Below the pieces are notes generated by a model. It saw nothing but the letters and a program-made list of their open reading frames with translations. It did no database searches and was not told the origin of the DNA. 64,000 bases of DNA from assembly GCF_022539665.2 (NCBI RefSeq), contig NC_081331.1, forward strand, positions 11,656,001 to 11,720,000. The letters run 5' to 3'. The stretch's first letter is position 1; the number at the start of each line of letters is the position of its first letter. Below, piece by piece: positions 1 to 9,300 of this stretch. This stretch comes from Daphnia carinata (Eukaryota). The position numbers were made by a program, and so were the translations under genes.

Positions 1-1311
1 TTTCGACTTCATTTTCAACTGGCGGGGACTCGGGATTAGAATTTAATTCGTCAAATTGTTGAACATCTTTATGGGCATCCTTTACGTTCTCCTGGCTATT
101 ATAAATAGATCTTTGACTAGAATGGATCGAGGTCGAACTGTTGAGCGATACTTCACTTTTTGACATTGGTTTGGCTTTTTTAAACGTGTGCTTGAGCGCC
201 TGCAACGCGCTCTTGAGACCCAAGTCTCTCGTAGGAGGATCGGGTAAAGGCTGATTAAGTTTTTTAAAGCGACGCGGCGGTAAAGGAGGTGTCGACATTG
301 TTTTCGATTCAACTCGTGGTGGTACGGCTGGTAATGGGGTCTCAAGTTTCAAAATAGGATCGTCTGAAGGATCATCATATACTAGGTCATTAAAAATAGC
401 TTCTGAGGGAGGATCAACTTGTTGGGGACGAAGTGGCCAGCCAAAAAAGGGATGTTTCATAGCCATCTGAAAGCTAGAGTAAGTTTGGCAATCGGGGTCA
501 ACACTCATCGATTCCAGCATCTCCAACTGCTGCTCAATGGTATTAATACTGTCCTCGGATTTCGATTCACGGATAACGGTTTGATCAGAGGCGATTGAAA
601 TATCAGACGCATCAGATATTTGTGATAGACGATCGTTTAGCGTATGACTAGAAGATATCAAAGAAAGTGAATCATTAAGATCTACTTCTGATTCTCCTGT
701 AATACTCCGAACGTCCGTCAAGTCTGAATAATCTGAAAATGCTGCTGAAAGGCGCGAATTAAGATCTTCTGACGACGCTACAGAAAGGCGTCCATCAGAT
801 TCGAATTCCGACGTGACAGTGGACACGGAAGAACGATCAAAGTTAACAACCTTCCCACAACCTTTTTGAGATTTTGGTTTCGAAAAATCATGGTTTTCAC
901 CCGATTTTATAAGATTGCTTTTCAACTTGGCAAACCCAGCTCCTTTTTCAGGCAAAGGGGGCGGGGCATTGTTCACGCCTGATAATGATTCTTGCTTTTG
1001 CTCCTGTGAGTCCAGCGAGGCTGAGTCCACAGAAGTTTCCAATTGTTTCTGGCCTATTTCCTCGACATTCGATTTTGACTGCGATTCCTTTTCTTTCTCC
1101 TCATTCTTTGGTTCTTGCTCTATAAGTAATTCGCATTGGACAGAGGCATTTGAATATTGGCGGGATTCGCCGGGCGCACGGAACATTTGACGAGCCAGTA
1201 CGGCTGCGTCCAGGGCCAAAATATGAGTATACAATGGGAAATCAGGCTTGAATCTCTTGCTTGCGAAGAGAGCGCTGTTATCGAAAGAGCTGTCAACGGC
1301 AACAACGCTAC
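1..1311 (-). CDS. dl: Dorsal-B-type C-terminal extension (read-through of the 5' splice site after ...EYLPLDS), open to the window edge
   Basis: No stop from 1408 to 1 in the IPT exon frame. Contains [31 protein letters not shown] and PPLPPRR, resembling insect Dorsal-B segments as I recall them. Confidence 0.85.
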
Positions 1312-3000
1312 CTGAATCCAAAGGCAAGTATTCGAAGCGTCGCGCCTCGCTGCACGCTCCATCGCTTGGTCTGCGTAATTGAACGTAAACGCTAACGGGC
1401 TCTTCCACCTACCATGAAGATACAGATAAGAGGTGTAATAGGCATAATATCCTTTCAACAACCTACATCAGTAACTCTGTAGCGTGGAGTTCGAAAAGTG
1501 ATGGCAACTTGTTTGTGGACATCAGATGCGGAAAAATCGCCTTGGCCTTCCCATAAAACACGTCCTTCCTCTTCGTGGTAAAACAGTATTTGAATATCAT
1601 CTATACACAATGGAGAAGCCTTTTTTAAACGCACGGCAGGCCAATGGACAGCTGTGTAGAGTTAAATACCCTTGGTCACCTTGTCGCACAATAGAATAAT
1701 TTCCTTGCCTCCGCTCACCGGACTAGAACAGTCACTCAGTTTGCATATTGTTAACTCGCACATAGCCTCTAAAATAACCAATATGGGAAGCATTAAAATT
1801 TATTAGAATTATTATAATTTTAAATAAGAATACTTTTGTCATATATTGCTTCCGAGACTACCGGTTTAAGGGCAAGAGTAAATTTTCCTTTTTGACCTTC
1901 AAGAAATACTTGGAAGCATAACCGAACTGCATTTAAATCAATGCTCTGTGGTTGATTTTTATGTGCAAATCCAGCTAAAATGGAAATTAAAGAAATATAA
2001 TAAAAGATTCGTATTTGATAAACAAGGTTCACTCAACTGTGAAAGGGGTCAACGCGGATTTCTTCTCGTAACTTTAAAGCTTCTTCAATTCCTTTCTTTT
2101 TTACACATTGAACTCCAAGGTTGGAGAAGGTGCAAATCATATTTTCGTTGTTGATTTCCAGAGTGCACACACCTTTCTTGCAGCCTTCTTTGCCAACCAA
2201 ACTATGGGGGTGAGGTTTGTAGGGAAAATCTTTTGTCACACATGAAACTACTACAACAGCTTTTCCTTTGTAACCCAAAACCTGTAAAATGTAGAGAAAA
2301 AGCAAAAGTAAAAATCTAGACAGACAACAGTAAATGAACACCATACCTGGATCGTTGGGTATGTTTTATTTTCTGTTGTGCTACTTGCGCCAGGTAAACT
2401 GCCAGCTGATCTTCCCTCGCACTCATACCTGAACCTTAAGGCCTTGGAAGCAGGTTGTTCAAGGATTTTAACATAAGCTTTCTGCTTTACATCTACATTA
2501 GCATCTGCCATATTCATTGTGTAACTGGGGATTTCTGTTTGGGTGTCAGCCTTGTCTACACTCTTAGTTGAATGTTGGTCTTTACTAGGTTGTGCTTGGC
2601 CTTGTGCTTGGCCTGTATAATCTGGGTCTCCTTCTATAACAGCAACTGTAAAATGACAAAAATCAGCAAAACCTTCTTCGTGTAATTCCATATTCATACT
2701 TACGAACATCACTGATGTTGAGCTCACTTCCTAGAATAGCAAACAAGGATAAAGTGAGTAAGAACCAATAAAAAAAATAAGCACAATAACTTCAGAAGTC
2801 AAGCATCACAGTACACAGGATCATCTTTGGTGCCATTTCTTGTCACTTAAATTCACGTGACAACCGCTTCCCACAGTAAATTGCCTTTTCAGACATGATG
2901 CACTCGCTTCAGCTAAACCCGAAAAATACGTTTTAGCTATCGAGCCCTCCATACAATTACCTGTGTTTGGCTTGACAGGGTTCATTCTCTGACCGACCAT
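1..3000 (-). CDS. dl: NF-kB/Rel family transcription factor Dorsal (multi-exon, 3' end outside window). Exons: 2961-3000 (tentative), 2704-2730, 2347-2645, 2038-2281, 1834-1974, 1670-1768, 1467-1600, 1312-1408 (continuing to <1 in the B-type form)
   Basis: Spliced translation gives a Rel homology domain ([26 protein letters not shown]...[17 protein letters not shown]...[13 protein letters not shown]) and an IPT domain ([18 protein letters not shown]...[13 protein letters not shown]...QLRRPSDG...FEYLPLDS). Introns are GT-AG, phase-compatible, mostly 58-69 nt. [13 protein letters not shown] is the Dorsal/Dif/RelA-type motif rather than Relish. Confidence 0.95.
1312..1408 (-). CDS. dl: dorsal exon, end of IPT domain ([32 protein letters not shown])
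   Basis: Acceptor GGTAG|GTG; candidate A-form donor TCAG|GTAGCG at 1311. Confidence 0.9.
1467..1600 (-). CDS. dl: dorsal exon, IPT domain ([45 protein letters not shown])
   Basis: Acceptor TATAG|AT, donor GAT|GTAGGT; conserved Rel IPT motif. Confidence 0.9.
1670..1768 (-). CDS. dl: dorsal exon, start of IPT domain ([33 protein letters not shown])
   Basis: Acceptor TTTTAG|AG, donor G|GTATTT. Confidence 0.9.
1834..1974 (-). CDS. dl: dorsal exon, end of RHD-N ([27 protein letters not shown]...IYDK)
   Basis: Acceptor TTTTAG|CT, donor A|GTATTC. Confidence 0.92.
2038..2281 (-). CDS. dl: dorsal exon, RHD-N ([18 protein letters not shown]...EEIRVDPFH)
   Basis: Acceptor TTACAG|GTT; the donor A|GTTGAGT is atypical but required by phase and homology. 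Confidence 0.9.
2347..2645 (-). CDS. dl: dorsal exon, N-terminus and start of RHD (..AVIEGDP...[13 protein letters not shown]...YPTIQ)
   Basis: Acceptor TTACAG|TT, donor CAG|GTATGG. Confidence 0.92.
2590..2613. repeat. perfect 12-bp tandem duplication in dorsal coding sequence (GQAQ x2)
   Basis: ttgtgcttggcc at 2590-2601 and 2602-2613. Confidence 0.9.
2704..2730 (-). CDS. dl: dorsal 27-nt microexon ([10 protein letters not shown])
   Basis: Acceptor TTCTAG|GA, donor C|GTAAGT, phase 1-1. The spliced LNISDVLAVIE resembles the N-terminal motif of arthropod Dorsal proteins. Confidence 0.75.
2961..3000 (-). CDS. dl: tentative first coding exon of dorsal ([13 protein letters not shown])
   Basis: Phase-1 donor CAG|GTAATT is in frame with the microexon. 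Start codon choice is uncertain. Confidence 0.5.
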
Positions 3001-3399
3001 CCAACCGAGTTGCAAATGAGAGAAATGTATCACGTTCTTTTCCAAGGAAAACAAACCTTAAGATAAAAACAACACCACCATATTGGGCATTACCATCGGA
3101 AATAACGATGCAGGGTTGCCTAAAACATCATTGCTTATTCATGCTGGATAAAAACTGGAAATAACCGCAATAAGCACAAGAAAAGTAGAAAACTTTAGGC
3201 CAAATTTTTTCTTTAAATTGTCGCGAATCAGCTTCTGCTTTTGGAAAACGTGTGTCCGGCCGATTGCGCAAACGGGAGTCACTGAACAGAGGGTCTACTC
3301 ACGGCTAACGTCTGGCTTAGTCTGGGTGATCATGCGGTTTGCAAGGAACGGCAGCAAACGTGACGGCCTTCTAGTCTCCAATACAAACGCTCGCCAGTT

Positions 3400-3491
3400 G
3401 GGAAAATCCCACTTCGCATAGAACCGTTTATAGTGATGTAGGAACTGAAATTTTGTTTTGGCTAGGGGAAATACCTGGTTGGAAAAACCCC
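3400..3491. promoter_or_regulatory. cluster of three kB (NF-kB/Dorsal) sites upstream of dorsal
   Basis: GGGAAAATCCC 3400-3410, GGGGAAATACC 3465-3475, GGAAAAACCCC 3481-3491 (reverse GGGGTTTTTCC). Inr-like TCAGTG on minus strand at 3285-3280. Confidence 0.65.
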
Positions 3492-4333
3492 GATACGTAG
3501 CCGTGGAAAAATGAATCGTGCGATTTTTGGCTGTAGGTTCGATTTCGGAAATCGTAGAAGTAAAAAGTCTACCAGAAATTTGGATCACAGCCAGGTTGGA
3601 TGTAGCAACATTGCTTTCACAGTTTTTGGTTGGCTATGGATACCAAATGGTGACGAAGCCAGTCAGTCTAAATGTGTAACCAACGAAGAATTCCACTGTG
3701 AGTTCAAGATTAGACTGATTGATATGATAATTATTACAAAAGGATTTTTTTTTTACACACTCTTCTTCTATAACGTTTTTCATCTACTGTACGTATTAGT
3801 GCCTTTCGGTGTCTAGGATTTCTTAGTTCATTCTTAATAAGAAACTGGTAATCGGATACAGTTTATATACTTCTTTTAGTGTAAGGTTTCGTTATCAGGG
3901 CGGCCGACTGGACACAAGGCCAATTTTTTCGACTTTCACAGTTTTTTTATCAGTCACCTTATAAACTACGACCGGTTCTGCATTTACACAAGTGCGGACC
4001 ACGGGTAACTAGTAAATTATCAGCTAAAACATTTTAGGCAGGATAGGGAGCGGAAATCCATTGCACGAGGACCAGATCAACGCTATAACAAACACAAAAG
4101 CAATTTATTACGAAATTTACACGTCTAATTCTCTTTTCTAGCTTACCGCGCAACTAATTCCTCTTGTACCTATACATGTTTTTGTGTCGTTTATACGTTT
4201 ATGCCATGCCTTATGTATTTGGTATTATCTGATTAAAATGTTTGTTACGTGTTAAGATATAACTTAAAGCTATGTCTTGTTATACGTGAAAGGCAGCAGA
4301 ACACACGAACAAAATGAAATTAGGTATACGCAG

Positions 4334-4339
4334 TTTATT
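4334..4339 (-). terminator. candidate polyadenylation signal of the nephrin/sns gene (second candidate 4104-4109)
   Basis: AATAAA on the minus strand followed by U/GU-rich sequence (TTTTGTTCGTGTGTTCTG). Implies a ~1.6-1.8 kb 3' UTR. Confidence 0.45.
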
Positions 4340-5919
4340 GATTGACCACTGCAAGCCCGACAAGATGCTCGTAATAGCAGGAAAAAACAAACTAAAAAAA
4401 GGCACAGAGAATAGACAATCATTCGGCTCAAGGTTTTCTTTTTTCTTTCTTGTTGTTGTTGTTATAGCCAACATCCACAAATAACACACGTACAAACACA
4501 CACACACGTGAACATGATTTTATCGTAAAATGGGGGGATGTCACTTGTATCTGGATGATATTTAATGGGGAAAGGAAACATAGACAGCATATTTCTTATG
4601 GGACCAAAACATGGCGTTTATCAGTGAAAGTAGAATCAGAATATGGATGATTATTTACAACACGAACAAAATAAGGATGATTGTATCAATGCAAATCGGT
4701 GGCGCAGATGGCGGTATAGTTATCTGAATTTCTCGTACGCATCAAAATGAACTCCGAAGACAAGGAAAAATTATGACAGAAAAGTGTATCAGAACTTGCT
4801 CTTTTTTTTTTTAAACTGAAGTGAAACTAAAGAAAGGCTACGGAGCTGTTCGGAAATTAAATAAAAACACACAAAAAAAAAAAAAAAAAAAAATAGAAAA
4901 ATGGAAAGGAAAAGAAATGGAAATAATTGTTTGCATGTTGGGAGTCGCGTAACTGTTTCCTCTTTGGTTAAACGTACGATGATAACCGCCACCTGACTAG
5001 ACCCTCTCCCCCCCTGCCTTGCGATCGTTTCAAACATAATGTAATTGAAAAAGAAAAAAAAAAAAAAAAGACAAATAAAAAACTGATAACTTCAACTCAA
5101 GGGAGAAGAAACAAGACAAGAGCAATCTTCAGAGGGTGAATAGAACATTATTTCTTGTTTGCTTGGTTAAAAGAAGAATCGCAAGGAGAATTACTTGGCA
5201 AACGGCGTCCCGGGGAAAAGAAGCAAGACAGATAACCGACGAAATTGGGACTGTTTCCAAAAGAGACAGCAAGTTTTCTTTCGGCGCCTGTGTACTGTAC
5301 AATTACTACAATTGTATACGCACCGCGAATTCGAATTTACAGAAAATCATCAAAATAAGAGAGGGCACGCGGAACACTATGGAACAATATTGGGGTGGAG
5401 GAAAGGTAGAGACACTACACGCGCGCTGGGCAACCCTCACTACCGATGTAAGGCACATGACATAACTCTTTATCTATATTCATATTTATGTAGGTATATT
5501 ATACATACTCGCCGCCGACTTGTTTTCCATCCGGGAAACGGGCCGACCTTGCGCGCTTACAGTCTCAACGGAAATCTTCAACAGAGATGGATTTTGCCTC
5601 AGGATGGGCCAACAACTTTTGAGATCGTTGAACAATCAAGTCACATAAGACGTGATCAACACTTTACATGGTAGATGCCTTTTGTTCGCCTACGACAAAC
5701 TGTCACAATCTAAAAAGAAAAATAAGGTGGTCTGTTTGAGCTTTGTCAAACTCAGGGCTCAGGGAAGAAAAACGAAACATACATTTCGCTGCGTTTTAGA
5801 TCTTGCTTCTTTTGGAAGTACGAGAAAAGACGGGGTAGGATTTCGGGAACGAACGGATTGGTAGGTGTTTGGTTTAAAGGGAAAAGATGGATCGTTATGT
5901 CTCTTCGAAAGATTCGGTC

Positions 5920-6368
5920 TTAGACAAGATGGCCCTCGGTTTCGAGTGACCGCACCGTGGCGAGAGACGGACCGGAGAATTGAGCCGTAGCCTCCATGAT
6001 TGGTGAGGGACCTTCCGATGGATTAAACGAGGAAAATTGGCTATGCCCTTGCATAGACATGGGCAGCGGTAGAGGCAGGTTAACGGGTAGAGCGGACGCT
6101 CGTCCCGAAGACGATGGAGACGGACCGTAGACACCGTTGGCAGCCGGAATATTTAGCGTGCCCATCGGCGTGTAGGGGCTGTGTGCGCCATGATTGCCAG
6201 TTGGTTCGCTCAAAGGATTGTAGCGATGATTCGTGCCAGTCGTGTGGAAGGAAGGATGCGGCGCCGGAGGGTAGTTGACTGGTGAATTGGCATTGACACC
6301 ATAGTACGCATCTGAATGAGGCGAAATGGGCGACACCATCCGAGATTTACCATACATAGCTTCATTGC
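5920..6368 (-). CDS. sns: nephrin/sns last coding exon (..NEAMYGKSR...SLETEGHLV*)
   Basis: Acceptor TTCCAACAG|GC, TAA at 5922-5920, PDZ-ligand GHLV end. Confidence 0.92.
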
Positions 6369-9300
6369 CTGTTGGAAGAAAAGAACCACGTCACGTTAAA
6401 TACATCGAAGAAGCTTCAATAGTTTGCCAACCACGCTTCCAACTTTGCTTTTCGCCTTCATACCTTGACTGTAGGCGTTGCGACGAAGAGTGTCGATGTA
6501 GTTGTCCTCGCCCATGTCGAAGTTGACCGACTTGGGAGGGCGTGATAAAGTTCCGTGTCCAGTGACGGCCTGAGCTGAATTATTGGCTGCCACTCTGTAC
6601 GATCCATAAGCCACTTGGCCATCGGCTTGATCAATCAGATAAGTGCTGACGGCCACTTTGGTAGCATCTTCAGGCTATATAAGAACATTTTAGAATCAAA
6701 ATTTTGGCGACGATGTAAAGTGCTGATTTGTTAAATGAAAAAAATAAACTCACGGCATAGTCGCTGTGACTTCCGTTTTGGCTGTACGACTCGCTCTTCT
6801 CCGAGATGGAGCTGAGGGTCTCGCCGTTGACCGTTTCGTTGTAGCTGCTCGGTGCGTACATTTCGATGGTGGCCGATTTGCTGCTGCCGCCTTCGCTGGA
6901 CATGGCTAATAGAAGCAAAACAAAAAAAAAAAAAAAAAAGCGAATATAATTAGTGAGTTTTCGCTGTGTTGAGGCAATAGCGCACATGCGTCATACTCCT
7001 ATTATTTATCATACTAAAGATGCGATGAACTCTTACCGTCAATTTTCCTTTCATTTGACTCGAGTCTGTTTTGTTTACCAGAACGAATTCACAGACAGAA
7101 TAATGAAAGCAAGCAACAATAATGAGACTACTAAGAATGTACAAGGAAAACAACAAAACACGACGGGTACGTTGGGTATTAAAAAATAAAAAAAAAGAAA
7201 AAAAAATACGCCTCATGCCGAACGAAACTAACCTTCTTCCATGCATTTCTTCTTCCGTCTTCGAATCAGGTAGCAGGAAACGATAGCCAAATTGAGGACA
7301 AGAAGGAGGGCGCCGGCTGTCGAAATGGCGATGATGATGATCTTGGGCGAATCGCCGCGGGTTAAGAGCAGATCGGCGTTCATATCGTCGTCCGGGCCTA
7401 CACGCAAACACGATGACACACAAACATGCAAATTGGGTAACGAAGTGTATAACAATATAGACGGACACGATAACAAACGACTGGGTAAAAGTGGGCGAGT
7501 GGAAACGGAATAGTTTGCGAGAACTGCTAACGAGAAGACTTGGCCAAATGCATGCAGGAAGTTCTACTGGAGCCGTAGATTAGACACGCTAGCAAACAAA
7601 GCAGGATGGCAAAGGTAGTCCATTCAAAGGGCCCCAAGTTAGTTTGAAACGGTACACAACTAGACACATTCGCCCAGTTATGCACTAATTAAACACCAAA
7701 GAAAGACCTTTGTTTTGTTTCGTTCAGAAAAAGATGCACACCACAAGCGGACTTACCTCGTTCCTTATGAAGAATCATGGCGGAATTGAACCGAATCCTC
7801 TTATCATAGTTTTAGTCATCGCCAATCGAGCGGAAACGGACGAAAAGGGATTGAAAAACAAACCTTTAGCGAGACGCTTTCGATGCCTCCGCCGAACAAA
7901 ACAGGCGATGAGGGCCACGTTGAGGACCAGCAGAGCCGTACCAACTATGGTGATGACTATGATCAAGACTTTGGGCATGTCGCCCGGACGGACCTCCAGG
8001 TCTCGCGGTTTCTGACCCGTAGGCGGAGCTTCGCCTGAAGGTACGATTATCATTTTGGGTTTGAAGGAATATATAATTTACTTGATGTTGTTGTACTCGT
8101 TTAAAATTACCAATCGGAAATGCAATAAAAGCGTGAAATTTGTCTCTAATGAAAAGCGTTCCCTAATTTTTTTTCTCCACCCCGAAAACCCTTAAACAAT
8201 TCACACAGCCCAGACAATGTTACTGTTCGCTTTCATTCTCTCGTTTTTTCTAATTCTCGGTCAGACGCCCACCTTTTGTTTTCCTTTGTTTTAAATAGGG
8301 CGACGGCAACGGTTAGAGACGGAATTCGGCATGAAAACGAGCAACTTAAAAGACGCCGTGGAACTTCTTATTCCAGCGCCATAGCCTTGGTTTATACGTA
8401 TATGCCATCTACCAATCACGAAAAACCTTAACCGGAAGCGGTAAATGCAATAGAGGGGTGCGTGTACAGTTTGTAGACCGTCGTCCAATTAAAGAAGGGG
8501 AGCATAACAAAAGAGGGGCGAGTTGTAAGTTATAAAAAAAAAAACGACCCGAACCGTGGTGGCAAAGAAGCACCACCACCATCAAACCACTACCTCCACC
8601 ACGACAGGATGAGCTTTGCGGTTAGCATCATTTAAGATGACTACCAGAAAATTTCCCCCGAATAATAATAGCAATAATACTTAAAGGCTAAAGAAACAAA
8701 GTAGATGATGGGGGAAGGGGGGAAAACGATGAAGAAGGCAAAGGTAAAAGGGGGATGAAGAATAAGATGAAACGAAAAGACTTACTCGATGTTCTGGCCT
8801 TGACGATATCCTGCGTGAAGTTGCTCTCGCCTAGGTTGTTGAATGCCATTATGCCGAAGAGATACTCGGTGCCCAGCGCCAGTCCGCCCAGCGTGAAGGC
8901 GGTCATATTGGTCGGATAGACATCGGCGTATTTATAAAATTCGTTTCCGATCTATCGTGTTCACAGATTTCCAAACATGAAAGAGAAAAAAAAAAAAAAA
9001 AAAAAAATCGATTAGAGTCCGATCGATCTTGGTTATGCAAAATAGAGGGATTTGTATTTTGTTTTTGGTTTTTTTTTTTTTTTACCTGGCGGTATCGTAA
9101 GCGGTACGATTGAAATAGCCCTCCGTCAAAGCCGGAACGCCACGCCAAATAGACAGAGTCGTGCGAGACGTTGACAACGTGAAGCGCCAAGGGTGGGTCG
9201 GGACGACTGGTTCCGGACAGGACCACCTTGGCAGTGTTGATGCCCATCTCGTTGCGGGCGACACAATCGTAGAGGCCGTAATCGCGTGAGCGGACACTGC

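Noticed and set aside
82..1461. Track ORFs 82-345 and 1120-1461 on the minus strand
   Set aside because: Alternative frames overlapping the Dorsal IPT/B-tail frame.
8035..8785. Search for a third TM-exon copy or a long docking helix upstream of TM-A
   Set aside because: No hydrophobic exon with splice sites. Additional 7-10 nt complementarities to the A-B intron occur in non-nested order and look like chance.
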